From Nitrososphaeria archaeon (GTDB lineage: Archaea > Thermoproteota > Nitrososphaeria > JACIWG01), in the NCBI GenBank assembly GCA_963752255.1, contig CAVVXT010000003.1, forward strand, positions 64,001-128,000: DNA of 64,000 nucleotides. Direction: 5' to 3'. Both the position numbers and the translations under genes were made by a program. Within the stretch, counting starts at the first letter, position 1; each line of letters begins with the position of its first letter. The notes beneath the pieces were generated by a model. It was given only the letters and a program-made list of their open reading frames with translations. It did no database searches and was not told where the DNA came from. Shown here piece after piece: positions 11,354 through 21,870 of the stretch.

Positions 11354-12523
11354 ATGTTTGGAAGAGTTTTCAAGATAAAAGTGTGCTTAAAGACGTATCA
11401 TTTAAATTCGCTCGAGGTGAAATCATACTTGAATGAAGTAATTGATAGTTTTAAATCTTTGGACAATCTGCGTCTTGTTGATAAGTTATATCTGTTCGGT
11501 AAAACATCACGCTTGGGCATGGATGAAGAAAGCGCTGGGCTTCTTAGTGCAATAAAAAAATTCGGTTCTATATCTTTAGCTTCAAGATATGTCGGAAAAG
11601 ATTATCGCACAGCGTGGACCAAGATAGACGAATTAGAAAAAAGCTTTGGTTTTAAAGTAATAGATAGAACCTTTGGTGGCTTGGGAGGTGGCAGCGCTAA
11701 ACTAACCTTGAAAGGAGAGATATTACTTCAGAAGTATTTGCTGGCGATGAAAAAAATGGGAAATTTTCTAGATTCGATTAGCAAAATCAGACCTGATTTG
11801 AGTTTGATGGGAAGTCACTGTAACGCTTTGGAAATTCTAGTTGGTATGATGGAGTCTGAAATAAAAAATTTTTTTGTCGAATACATCAATGTTGGTTCAG
11901 AAAATGGCGTCAAATTAGTCATTGCAGGTATTGCGGATATTTCTGGAGTACACTTATTTGATAAGATCAGTGGTGAATATAATAAATTTCTTCTAAAAGA
12001 CCCCAAATTTGGAAGGAAGATTGCTTTAATAAGAGGTTATTCAAGAATACAGGGCATTATTTTGGGTGAAGGCAATCCAAAAAACATTAACTCTCTAGAG
12101 GATGTCCTTAGGAGAGATGTTGTCTTTATTAATAGGAACGCTGGATCCGGTACAAGGATACTATTTGATACTTTAATGAATAAAATAGCTTTAGGAAGAG
12201 GTACAAGTTATAGGAAAATCTCTGAAGGAATTCGAGGATACGATAACGAAGTCAGATCCCACTTTGAGGTGGGTGCTGCAGTTAAGTATGGTAAGGCAGA
12301 CATGGGCATAGGCATCAAATCAGTCTCGAAACTTCTAAAACTTGACTTTATACCAATTCAGAGTGAAAGATTCGATTTTGTGCTTTTAAAGGATAAGGTT
12401 GACGGAGATAACATAAAAAAATTCTTACAGATGCTTTCCTCGAAAGCTTTTAGAGAGGAAATATGTGAGATGGACCTAGGAATCGAATTTGACGACCTGG
12501 TAGGGAAAATTATTTCAAGTTAG
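11354..12523 (+). CDS. ModE-type HTH regulator fused to a PBP (molybdate-binding-like) domain
   Basis: GSISLASRYVGKDYRTAW...GGLGGGSAKLT; GSHC, VGSENG, FINRNAGSGTR, SHFEV; the true start may be 20-25 codons downstream. Confidence 0.8.
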   Translation: MFGRVFKIKVCLKTYHLNSLEVKSYLNEVIDSFKSLDNLRLVDKLYLFGKTSRLGMDEESAGLLSAIKKFGSISLASRYVGKDYRTAWTKIDELEKSFGFKVIDRTFGGLGGGSAKLTLKGEILLQKYLLAMKKMGNFLDSISKIRPDLSLMGSHCNALEILVGMMESEIKNFFVEYINVGSENGVKLVIAGIADISGVHLFDKISGEYNKFLLKDPKFGRKIALIRGYSRIQGIILGEGNPKNINSLEDVLRRDVVFINRNAGSGTRILFDTLMNKIALGRGTSYRKISEGIRGYDNEVRSHFEVGAAVKYGKADMGIGIKSVSKLLKLDFIPIQSERFDFVLLKDKVDGDNIKKFLQMLSSKAFREEICEMDLGIEFDDLVGKIISS

Positions 12524-12908
12524 AATCTTGGGATTTTTGACCTGTATCATCTTCCTTTTTAGCTTCCTCAGTAAATCTCTTAATGACTATTTCCTGTAAT
12601 TTTTGGAAATACAATCTTGTAGCAAATGGCATTTCGGTGAGATGTGCGTCTATCGCCTGCATAAAATAAGTAACAGCACGCTTCGATATATCGACCTTGA
12701 ATTTCATAGGAAAAACAGGGTCTTGCTCAATTATTATTGTATCCCTCAATTCCTGCGTTGGGCACAACGCCTTTGTTTCATCTTCTACAACATTGTACCA
12801 CGATTCCAGAATTTCGGGATTTAACCCTTCCTTCGATTCTTCTATTTCCTCTAGTATTTTCGTCAAGTCTCCTAAACTAAAGGGATCAAACGACATTCTT
12901 CCATCCAA
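12510..12908 (-). CDS. Hypothetical protein
   Basis: 132-aa acidic ORF with protein-like composition, convergent with the ModE gene. Confidence 0.6.
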   Translation of the reverse strand: MDGRMSFDPFSLGDLTKILEEIEESKEGLNPEILESWYNVVEDETKALCPTQELRDTIIIEQDPVFPMKFKVDISKRAVTYFMQAIDAHLTEMPFATRLYFQKLQEIVIKRFTEEAKKEDDTGQKSQDSNLK

Positions 12909-13088
12909 ACTTAAAATACATTTCCAGTAAATAACTATTTCTTGAAGTCTTGATATAATTTTATTATGAAGAAGTGTTTGAGAGATTAATTAAAGGTAAA
13001 ATAGGATCCAGCCGCATAAACACTCAATCCAGATTACGCACGGTGTTCTCCGATTATTTTTATGTGGAACTGCATTTTCTAAAAGAAA

Positions 13089-14303
13089 CTAGAGAATATA
13101 TGGTGCAACTATCATGAAACCAATAAGAAATACCAGCAGTATGCTGACCGAATAGACGATAATGTTCACCTTCTTTTCACCTATTCTTTTTCCTAGAACT
13201 TTTTTTAAGCCAAGTTTAAAGACGTACCCCCCATCCAATGGGTAGAGTGGGAGAGCGTTGAATATAGCTAAACTAAAGTCTATGAGCCAAATCCAGTATA
13301 GAAGGTTAGCTAAAACAAAGTAGTTATTTCCTAGAAAGGTGTTTGAGACGTAGTAGGAATGAAGTTGATCTGAGAACGGTATCAATGTAGCTACATTTGG
13401 TAGAGTTGGTATTACTAAATATAATGCTAAGTCCCTATAGGAAAAGTGTGTTATTGTTGAAAGGTAGTTGGCGGTAACCTGTTTAAGAGAAAGATCAGCT
13501 ATTCCAATAAATCCTTCACTGCTGTTTGAAGGGTTCTCTGCAAGAGTAATTGTGTAATTGAAGTTCGTGCTGTTTCTTAATACTGTTAAAGTAAGGTTAT
13601 TACCTGGTTTATAGATAGGATTTAGCACTCTTTGGAAGTCATCTTGAGTAACTACCTTTACACCATTAACTGCTAAGAGAATGTCTCCAGGCTTTACTCC
13701 TACTTTATATGCTGGTCCATCTGTAGACAACTGCGTTATTAGAAGGCCATTGGCGACAGGTGTCAAAGATGAGACGATCAGAAGTATGAAAAAAAGTGCG
13801 ATCACAGCTGTGATTATATTTGTTCCGGTTCCCGCTGAAATCGTCTTTGCAAAGTTCTTGAAGCTTTTTTTTCCAAGCTCTTCATCGTCTAGTTCGACAA
13901 AGGCGGCGATAGGCAAGACTATTAAGAACGCTAGTCCGACAAATTTAACTGGGACACCTGAAACCTTTGCCTGAATTCCATGAGCAAATTCGTGGACGAT
14001 CATTGCTACGAAAAGTGCTATCCAGCCATAAACAATCGGAAAATAAGGGTTTAATCCAGGCCAGGGAAGATTGATTGCTGGACCAATTTGTCTTATTACA
14101 ACGCTGACGTTTGGATTTGTTAGAGTAAGATATATGCTAGACAAAACAAAATAGACCGTAACAGCTGCTAATATCGGCAGCAAGAATATGAACACCCAGC
14201 CGCTTTTCTTTGCTACAGCTGTTTTAGCAGCTTTATCGAAGAAAGCTACCCCCCTATCCGTTTTTATTGTCAGAATCGGAAAGCTGAAATCTTTTTTAAT
14301 CAA
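13089..14303 (-). CDS. Site-2 protease (M50) with PDZ domain
   Basis: HEFAH, PDZ (GPAYKVGVKPGDILLAVNG), FNALPLYPLDGG. Confidence 0.92.
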   Translation of the reverse strand: MIKKDFSFPILTIKTDRGVAFFDKAAKTAVAKKSGWVFIFLLPILAAVTVYFVLSSIYLTLTNPNVSVVIRQIGPAINLPWPGLNPYFPIVYGWIALFVAMIVHEFAHGIQAKVSGVPVKFVGLAFLIVLPIAAFVELDDEELGKKSFKNFAKTISAGTGTNIITAVIALFFILLIVSSLTPVANGLLITQLSTDGPAYKVGVKPGDILLAVNGVKVVTQDDFQRVLNPIYKPGNNLTLTVLRNSTNFNYTITLAENPSNSSEGFIGIADLSLKQVTANYLSTITHFSYRDLALYLVIPTLPNVATLIPFSDQLHSYYVSNTFLGNNYFVLANLLYWIWLIDFSLAIFNALPLYPLDGGYVFKLGLKKVLGKRIGEKKVNIIVYSVSILLVFLIGFMIVAPYIL

Positions 14304-14447
14304 CCTTTTTTCAACATCAAAGGTTATAAGTGTTCGATATATGTCCTTTTATAAGGCACATGATATTCTTATCGCCTTGTTTCTTCCCTTTTTTTCTCTT
14401 ATGACAAACTATAAATAGGCTGTCTTAATTTTAAAAAATAGATTTTT

Positions 14448-15422
14448 TTGTCTATACTAATAACAGGTGGGTCTGGTTTTATTGGTTCATACACTATTTT
14501 GGAGTTAATGAATGAAAGGAAAGCCGAAAAAATTGTTATTTACGATCTTGCCCCTCCTAGCTTTATATCTATTCTTGATCGCGTAGGTAAAGAGGTGATC
14601 TACGTTGATGGCAACATTCTCGACTTTGGAAGGCTGCTTGAAACAATTAAAAAATATGATATAAAGGGAATAATTCACACATCCCTTTTAGGCAATTTCA
14701 AGTCCATGAAAGAAAATCCCATGAACTGTATAGCAACTAATTTCAATGGCACTCTAAATGTTTTAGAATTAGCTCGAATAAACAATTTGAAGGTTGTCTA
14801 TACAAGTTCAGGGGCAGTATATGGAGAAACGATGAAGCCCGCTAAGGAAAATTTTCCGATAAGACCTGGCGATATGTACGGAATGATAAAAGCTACATGT
14901 GAACTCCTAGGCGAACAATACGCTAAAGCATATGGTTTAGATTACGTAGCCGTAAGACTTTATTTTGTCTACGGTCAGGATCGATTGTACATTTCTAGAC
15001 CCTTCAAAGAATTACTTGATCCTCCAATTACACCCACGGATGTACTTACGGCGTTCGTACAAAAAAGTGTAAGAGGTGAAGTATTAAAATTTAAAAAAGG
15101 TGGCGATCTAGACCTAGATTTTACTTATGTTAAAGATGCAGCTCATGGAGTTTTGTTGGCTTACTTCACTAAAAAACCACCTCATAGAGTTTACAATATC
15201 TCATCCGGTGAAGCTCACAGTCTTAAGGAAATAGCACAAATCATTAACAGATGTTCTGGCAGCAAATTTGTGGAGATAGGGCCAGGAACTGTAGAAGGTT
15301 GGCCTCCTAGGCCAAAGTTTTTGGATAACACTTTGGCGAGAAATGAATTGGGCTACATTCCGCAGTTTGATATTGATAAGGGTCTTATTGAATTTTATCG
15401 GATGGTTAAGGGTCATCCATAA
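14448..15422 (+). CDS. NAD-dependent epimerase/dehydratase (extended SDR)
   Basis: ITGGSGFIG, TSSGAVYG, YGMIK (YxxxK). Confidence 0.9.
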   Translation: MSILITGGSGFIGSYTILELMNERKAEKIVIYDLAPPSFISILDRVGKEVIYVDGNILDFGRLLETIKKYDIKGIIHTSLLGNFKSMKENPMNCIATNFNGTLNVLELARINNLKVVYTSSGAVYGETMKPAKENFPIRPGDMYGMIKATCELLGEQYAKAYGLDYVAVRLYFVYGQDRLYISRPFKELLDPPITPTDVLTAFVQKSVRGEVLKFKKGGDLDLDFTYVKDAAHGVLLAYFTKKPPHRVYNISSGEAHSLKEIAQIINRCSGSKFVEIGPGTVEGWPPRPKFLDNTLARNELGYIPQFDIDKGLIEFYRMVKGHP

Positions 15423-15466
15423 ATAACTATAAATAGGATAATTAATCAAGAGGTAAAGAAGACATT

Positions 15467-16444
15467 TTGGTAATGCTTATAACGGGAGGTTCGGGTCTCG
15501 TAGGTTCCCATATCATTATGGAATTGTTGGAAGAAAAAAAAGCAGAAAAGGTAGTTATATACGACATCGCAACTCCGAGGAATAGTTTTGTAATCAAACA
15601 TCTTGGTAAAGAGATTATATATGTTGATGGAAACGTTCTAGATCCGGGTAGACTATTTGAGACAGTAAAGAAATATAATGTGGACGGCATTATCCATACG
15701 ACTGGTTTTATTAACTACAAATATATCGTCTCTAACCCGATGACCAGCATACAAACGAATGTTATGGGCACACTGAATGTTTTAGAGCTAGCTCGTATAA
15801 ACGATCTAAAAATAGTTTTCACGAGCTCAGGCGCCGTATATGGTAAAGTTAAGAACTATGCAACTGAAAAAATGTCAGTTAAACCAACCGACATATATGG
15901 GGTCACAAAATCAGCTGGAGAAATGTTGGGGGAACAGTATTCTAGAACATATGGAATAGACTTCATCGCAGTCAGGCTCTATTTTATATACGGTTATGGG
16001 CAATCACTTAATGTCGAATCTCTGGAGCAAGCGTTAAGTCCACCAGTACACCCCCTAAACATACTGTACCTCTTTATGCTAAAGAGTGTGAAGAAAGAAT
16101 TGTTGAGAATAGAAAAAGGTGGTGATTCAAAATTAGATTTTACATATGTAAAGGACGCTGCCCATGGTGTGCTCTTATCTTATTACGCTAAAAAGCCTCA
16201 ACATAAAATATACAACATCTCATCCGGACAAGCGTATTCTCTCAAAGAGATCGCAGAAATTATTAACCAGCACACTGGCAGAAAGTGTATTCAGATAGGT
16301 TCTGGGATTATTGAAGGTTGGCCCCAAAGAGCGCAATATCTAGATAATACATTGGCAAAAAGAGAGATAGGTTATAGTCCAAGGTATGGCATTAAAGGTG
16401 GGTTAACCGAATTCTACGACCTGATTAAAAAAGATAGGATATAA
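15467..16444 (+). CDS. NAD-dependent epimerase/dehydratase, tandem paralog of the previous gene
   Basis: ITGGSGLVG, TSSGAVYG, YGVTK; shares DFTYVKDAAHGVLL and EGWP with its neighbour. Confidence 0.9.
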   Translation: MVMLITGGSGLVGSHIIMELLEEKKAEKVVIYDIATPRNSFVIKHLGKEIIYVDGNVLDPGRLFETVKKYNVDGIIHTTGFINYKYIVSNPMTSIQTNVMGTLNVLELARINDLKIVFTSSGAVYGKVKNYATEKMSVKPTDIYGVTKSAGEMLGEQYSRTYGIDFIAVRLYFIYGYGQSLNVESLEQALSPPVHPLNILYLFMLKSVKKELLRIEKGGDSKLDFTYVKDAAHGVLLSYYAKKPQHKIYNISSGQAYSLKEIAEIINQHTGRKCIQIGSGIIEGWPQRAQYLDNTLAKREIGYSPRYGIKGGLTEFYDLIKKDRI

Positions 16445-16536
16445 AGGCTTTATTAAACTATTTTAAGATAACTGGTCAGCAAAACTTTAATAAACAATAA
16501 CAGCTTCTTTTTTGTGTATTAAATTAAATTTTAAAG

Positions 16537-18261
16537 ATGATTGATATGAAAAATTTTGATGTCGCAAAGATCTTGAGAGAAATTGCTTTTTTCCTAGAGA
16601 TGAATGATGTTCAATTTAAACCTAGGGCGTACGAAAAAGCTGCGAGGTCGGTAGAAGCACTAGAAGATGATGTAGAAGAAATATATCAGAAGGGCGGGAT
16701 TAAAGCGCTAATGGAAATTCCTGGTGTAGGTCAAAATATAGCTAAGAAGATTGAAGAACTCGTTAAAACCGGAAAGCTCGAATACTATGAAGAATTAAAG
16801 AAAGAGACTCCAGTAGATCTAGAAAGCTTCACGGGTATTGAGGGGCTTGGACCAAAAACAATCAAGGTACTCTGGCAAAAGTTGAAAGTTAAAAATATAG
16901 ATGATTTAGAGAAGGCTGCACTTGCTCACAGAATACGCTCACTTCCAGGATTTCAAGAAAAATCCGAGCAGAAAATTCTAAAAGGTATTGAATTCGCAAA
17001 AAAAAACAAAGGCAGGCATATGCTTGGATATGTTCTTCCGATAATACATAAAATAGAAAACCGACTAAGTTCACTTCCAGAAATCAAAATAGCATTAGTT
17101 GCAGGCTCTATAAGAAGGATGAAAGAAACCGTTGGTGACGCTGATTTCCTAGTTATATCTGATAATTCAAAAAAAGTAATGGACTTCTTCGTTTCTATGC
17201 CTGAGGTTGAAGACGTCTTAGTCAAAGGTGAAACAAAAACTTCCGTTAGACTGAAAATTGGCATGGATGCAGATATTAGAGTTCTGCAAGAACAAAGCTT
17301 TGGTGCAGCTCTACAATATTTTACTGGAAACAAAGATCATAATATCGCTCTAAGAAGTAGAGCGCAGGACAGGGGGTGGAAGCTCAGCGAATATGGTTTA
17401 TTTCAAGGCGACAAACAGATAGCTGGTAAAACGGAGGAAGATGTTTATGATAGATTGGGTCTACAATGGATTCCTCCAGAACTGAGAGAAAACAATGGAG
17501 AAATAGAAGCTGCCGCGGTAAACAGACTACCAAAATTGATCGATTACGGAGATCTTAGGGGAGATCTCCAGGTTCACTCGAACTGGACCGACGGAACCAA
17601 TTCAATAAAAGAAATGGCTTTGTATGCAAAGAAAATTGGTTTAGAATATATTGTAATATCTGATCACTCTAAATCTCTAGCCATGACTGGGGGTTTAGAT
17701 GAGAATATGATATTAAAGCAGGCAAGCGAAATAGATGAATTGAACGAACAACTTTCTGGAATAAGAATTTTAAAGGGTGTCGAATTGAATATCTTAAAGG
17801 ACGGTCGTTTGGATATATCCGACAAAATTCTCGAAACTTTAGATGTAGTAGGCGCGTCTATTCATTCTCATTTTAACTTAAGTAAGGAAGAGATGACAGA
17901 AAGGGTTTTAAAGGCTATAGCAAACAATAACGTAGATATATTTTATCATCCAACTGAAAGACTGATTCAAAGGAGAGAGCCAATTCAGTTGGATCTAGAA
18001 AAAATAATCGAAGCTTCAAAGGATAATGGAACAATTTTAGACATAGATTCTTTTCCAGATAGGTTGGATCTAAAAGACGAACATATAAGGAAGGCGGTTA
18101 AGGCTGGAGCAAAACTTGGAATAAGTTCTGATTCTCATAACGTACGCCATCTTCATTTTCTTGAACTAGGTGTTGCTCAGGGTAGAAGGGGATGGGCAAC
18201 AGCCAAAGACATAGTTAATACTAGGAAATTACAAGAATTTTTGAGAATGGTGAAATCTTAA
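16537..18261 (+). CDS. polX: DNA polymerase X with PHP domain
   Basis: HhH repeats, AGSIRRMKETVGDAD, YFTGNKDHN, WIPPELRE, PHP DLQVHS...SDHS...SSDSH. Confidence 0.92.
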   Translation: MIDMKNFDVAKILREIAFFLEMNDVQFKPRAYEKAARSVEALEDDVEEIYQKGGIKALMEIPGVGQNIAKKIEELVKTGKLEYYEELKKETPVDLESFTGIEGLGPKTIKVLWQKLKVKNIDDLEKAALAHRIRSLPGFQEKSEQKILKGIEFAKKNKGRHMLGYVLPIIHKIENRLSSLPEIKIALVAGSIRRMKETVGDADFLVISDNSKKVMDFFVSMPEVEDVLVKGETKTSVRLKIGMDADIRVLQEQSFGAALQYFTGNKDHNIALRSRAQDRGWKLSEYGLFQGDKQIAGKTEEDVYDRLGLQWIPPELRENNGEIEAAAVNRLPKLIDYGDLRGDLQVHSNWTDGTNSIKEMALYAKKIGLEYIVISDHSKSLAMTGGLDENMILKQASEIDELNEQLSGIRILKGVELNILKDGRLDISDKILETLDVVGASIHSHFNLSKEEMTERVLKAIANNNVDIFYHPTERLIQRREPIQLDLEKIIEASKDNGTILDIDSFPDRLDLKDEHIRKAVKAGAKLGISSDSHNVRHLHFLELGVAQGRRGWATAKDIVNTRKLQEFLRMVKS

Positions 18262-18507
18262 AGATGGCCTCTCTTATTTATAGTTAGAGTTCATTCAAGT
18301 ACTTTATATGACTACTTTAAAAAAATAACCAGGTCGCCTGATATAGGGTTTTCCAGAGGAAACATTGAAGAAAGAGTCGTATTCATCAAACTGAGATTAG
18401 TTAAAAAGTAGTGTAGGAAGATTTCTTCTTAGGTTGCAAACGTTCACACAAATTAAATGGTGTGATTTCTTAAAAGATTAAAATATACATTTGACACCTG
18501 CTTTGTT

Positions 18508-19536
18508 ATGTCTATTCGTGTTGCTGTATACGGCCTTGGTCCTATAGGTATCCTAATAGCTAAAGAAACCCTAAAGAAAAAGGATTTGAATCTTGTTGCA
18601 GCGTTTGACATTGACCCCTTGAAAATTGGCAAAGATTTAGGAGACATCCTTGGAATAGATGAGAAAATAGGAATATACGTTGATGATGATGCTAACGCGT
18701 TGCAGACTCTAAAGAACAGCGGCGTAAAGGTAGTTTTACATTCGACCTCAACCTACTTAGATAAAAATTATGCCCAGATCGTCAAATGTATTGAAGCAGG
18801 TGCAGATGTTATTTCAACTTCTGAAACGCTTTCAAACCCGTGGTTTCGCTACCCAGAGCTTGCGACACTTCTTGACGAGCTAGCTAAAAAATATTGTACT
18901 TCTATAATCGGAACTGGAATCAACCCTGGGTTCATCTTTGATACTCTTCCCATAGTCATGACTTCTGTGTGCACCGTAGTCAACAGCATTCACGTCACAA
19001 GGTCTCTTGACGCTTCAAAAAGAAGATATTCATTCCAAAAGAAATATGGTTTAGGTTTAAAAGTTGACGACTTCAAAGATAAAATAGAAAAAGGAGAATT
19101 AACAGCTCACACAGGTTATAGTGAATCGATCAATTTGATAGCTAACGCGTTAGGTGTCAACCTAGATAAAATCATTGAAGGACAAGAACCCCTGATCGCT
19201 AAGAAGGATATGAAGACACAATTTTTCAATATCAGAGAAGGTCAAGTTTCCGGTATACACGGTTTTGGAGTTGGATTCCTGAAGGGAGGGGAATTTATCA
19301 AAATCGAACTTTCTGCTGAAGTAGACGGGATTGAATTTGAAGAAGTTACAATTGAAGGTACTCCACCTATAAAATGGAGGAGCTCTGGAATCTCTGGTGA
19401 TATCGCCACGGCAGCCATGGTAATAAACATGATTCCAAAGATACTCACTTCAAAACCTGGCTTACGCCGTATGTGCGATATTCCGTACCCATCTGCCTTT
19501 TTGAGTTTGGAAAATTCAATTAGAGAAGAGGGTTGA
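18508..19536 (+). CDS. 2,4-diaminopentanoate dehydrogenase / amine dehydrogenase family (DapB-like N-terminus)
   Basis: YGLGPIG, DIDPLKIGKDLG, VISTSE, GTGINPGF, GDIATAA. Confidence 0.8.
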   Translation: MSIRVAVYGLGPIGILIAKETLKKKDLNLVAAFDIDPLKIGKDLGDILGIDEKIGIYVDDDANALQTLKNSGVKVVLHSTSTYLDKNYAQIVKCIEAGADVISTSETLSNPWFRYPELATLLDELAKKYCTSIIGTGINPGFIFDTLPIVMTSVCTVVNSIHVTRSLDASKRRYSFQKKYGLGLKVDDFKDKIEKGELTAHTGYSESINLIANALGVNLDKIIEGQEPLIAKKDMKTQFFNIREGQVSGIHGFGVGFLKGGEFIKIELSAEVDGIEFEEVTIEGTPPIKWRSSGISGDIATAAMVINMIPKILTSKPGLRRMCDIPYPSAFLSLENSIREEG

Positions 19537-20843
19537 CCTGCTTGAACTACATTAGCAAAACAGCCCTATCAAGGAATCTATTCGAAAAGGCAAAAAAATA
19601 TATTCCTGGTGGATCAACTTATGCAATTAGATACTTCGAACCCTATCCTTTCTACGTTAAAAGAGCGCTGGGGAGTAGAATTTGGGATGTCGACGATAAC
19701 GAATACATAGACTTTTGGACTGTTCATTTCGCAGCGATTTTTGGACACGGTTATGCACCTGTCATGTCGGCTGTCAAGGAACAACTTGATTTAGGTGCTC
19801 ACTTTGGATGGTGCAATGAATGGGAAGTGAAATGGGCTGAAAAAGTATGTGGCTGGTTCAAAGCTGACAAAGTAAAACCAGCTAACAGCGGTACAGAATC
19901 CAACATGTACGCTATTAGGCTAGCAAGAGCTTACACGGGAAAGAAGAAGGTTGGTAAGATGGAAGGAGGATGGCATGGGGGATTCGATGGACTAAATAGA
20001 GCTGTTAATTACCCTTACAACCTACCTTCCAATCTGAATCCAACTTCAACAGAAGACATAATACCTCTACCTTTTAACGATCTTGACGGTTTAATCAAGA
20101 AGGTTTCCCAAGAGGAATTGGCTTGCATAACAGTTGAACCGATGTTAGGTTCAGCTGGAGCTATTCCTGCTAAAAAAGAGTTTCTCAAGGGTTTAAGAGA
20201 ATTATGTGATAAAAAGAACATCGTACTCATTTTTGACGAAGTTATTACAGGATTCCGTCATCCAGGTGGGCTCCAACAGCACTTTGGCGTAAAACCCGAT
20301 TTGACAACAATGGGTAAGACAGTAGGTGGGCAATATTTTGCTGGAGCCGGAGGCATCTGTGGACGATCAGAAATAATGGATTTGCTTGACCAAACTCGAA
20401 GGAAGGATTTTTGGGATCGTCCAGCTCATGGAGGAACATATGTTGGTAACGCGGTAACAATGAGAGCAGGATATGTCACGATATCGGAGCTTGAAAGACA
20501 AAGAGACCAAGTATACAAACATATAGATTCACTAGGCGAATATGGTAGAAAAAGATTCACCGAAATCATGGAAGAAAACAGATTTGAAGCTTACATCACC
20601 GGTATATGCTCGATGTTTGGGCTTCATTTTACGAAAGAAATTCCAATAAACGGTGAAACAGCAGAAAAGACAAAGGATAGAAAATTATGTAGCGATCTAT
20701 TTGCCTATTTGATACAAAATGGTATCGCATATCTGACGCCGAAATCACCACATTTTGCTGTTTCAAACGCTCATAAAAAAGAAGATTTAGATTATTTATC
20801 GACTAAAGTTGAAGAATTCATAAAAAGCAAGAAGGAGCGGTAA
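19533..20843 (+). CDS. Class III PLP aminotransferase (GSA-aminomutase-like)
   Basis: NSGTES, GGWHG, IFDEVITGFR, DLTTMGK, HGGTYVGN; 4-bp overlap with the upstream gene. Confidence 0.88.
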   Translation: MTCLNYISKTALSRNLFEKAKKYIPGGSTYAIRYFEPYPFYVKRALGSRIWDVDDNEYIDFWTVHFAAIFGHGYAPVMSAVKEQLDLGAHFGWCNEWEVKWAEKVCGWFKADKVKPANSGTESNMYAIRLARAYTGKKKVGKMEGGWHGGFDGLNRAVNYPYNLPSNLNPTSTEDIIPLPFNDLDGLIKKVSQEELACITVEPMLGSAGAIPAKKEFLKGLRELCDKKNIVLIFDEVITGFRHPGGLQQHFGVKPDLTTMGKTVGGQYFAGAGGICGRSEIMDLLDQTRRKDFWDRPAHGGTYVGNAVTMRAGYVTISELERQRDQVYKHIDSLGEYGRKRFTEIMEENRFEAYITGICSMFGLHFTKEIPINGETAEKTKDRKLCSDLFAYLIQNGIAYLTPKSPHFAVSNAHKKEDLDYLSTKVEEFIKSKKER

Positions 20844-20943
20844 AGGATGCTGCAAGATTTCTGCTCTACTTCTAAATGATTCACTGTACTTTCAAGTTTA
20901 CAATAGGAAATATTATATACCAAGATGAGATTTTGAAATATAT

Positions 20944-21583
20944 TTGTCAGAAGTTGGAGAACAGATTATAAAAGCTATAAAAGAACTTGTAGAACAAAAA
21001 ATATTGTTCGCTAAGGGTGGGAACCTGAGTGCGAGATATGATAATGACCAAGTGATTGTAACCTCGTCTGGAAAAGACTACTCTACAGTCAAAGCAGATG
21101 ACCTGGTCATAACAGATTATGAGGGTAAGATAGTTAAAGGCGAAAAGAAACCTTCTTCAGAACTGCCGCTGCACTTAGCAATATACAAACGTAGGCCAGA
21201 TGTCCAATCAATTATACATACACACGCAATATGGCCTTACATTCTTTCGGTATGCCATCGCAATCTACCTGCCGTCTCAGATGAATTTACGATCCTATTA
21301 GGTGGCGAAGATAAAAGTCTCAGAATACAAATTCCCTGGAACAAAAAACTTGGGAGATAGTGTGGCAGATGTCTTAGGTATGAATAACGCTGCCTTGATA
21401 GCAAACCACGGCTGCGTGACAGTTGGTAGAAGTGTAGAAGAAGCATTAGAGAATATGGTGGTCTTGGCAAATTTCTCAAAGATTTATGTGCTCGGAAGCA
21501 TCTTCGGCAAAGTCTACCCACTGCCTGATTGGGCGATTGAAAAGGAAAAAGAACTCTATAAAAAAATGTTCGGTCAGAAATAG
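20944..21583 (+). CDS. Class II (FucA-like) aldolase; frameshift near 21308
   Basis: GGNLSAR, PSSELPLH, IIHTH in ORF 20944-21360; ALIANHGCVTVG in ORF 21302-21583; removing one base joins them. Confidence 0.85.
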
Positions 21584-21870
21584 ACCTTCCCTATCCCTTT
21601 TTATGTATCCACTCTTATTGTTTCCTTCATTTGTCAATACAATCTTCTAACATCGAGAGTAAACTGATTGCCGCATCCAAAATTCAAAAAAAGAATTCAA
21701 AGATGTGTAAATGTCTGGTAAGTAAATCCTTTGGAAGTTTCGTAATATTAAATGTTCTATCAAATTGTTCGCTAGATAAGATCTTATCGTTTCAATCACT
21801 GAGCAAGATTTTGTTATTAAGAAAGGGTTAACAACAAGAATTTTTTAAAAAGCTCTTCTTTAGACGATCT

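Noticed and set aside
19533-20843. Assigning the gene symbol hemL
   Set aside because: The fold matches, but the context is not tetrapyrrole synthesis and the motifs are divergent, so the function is left open
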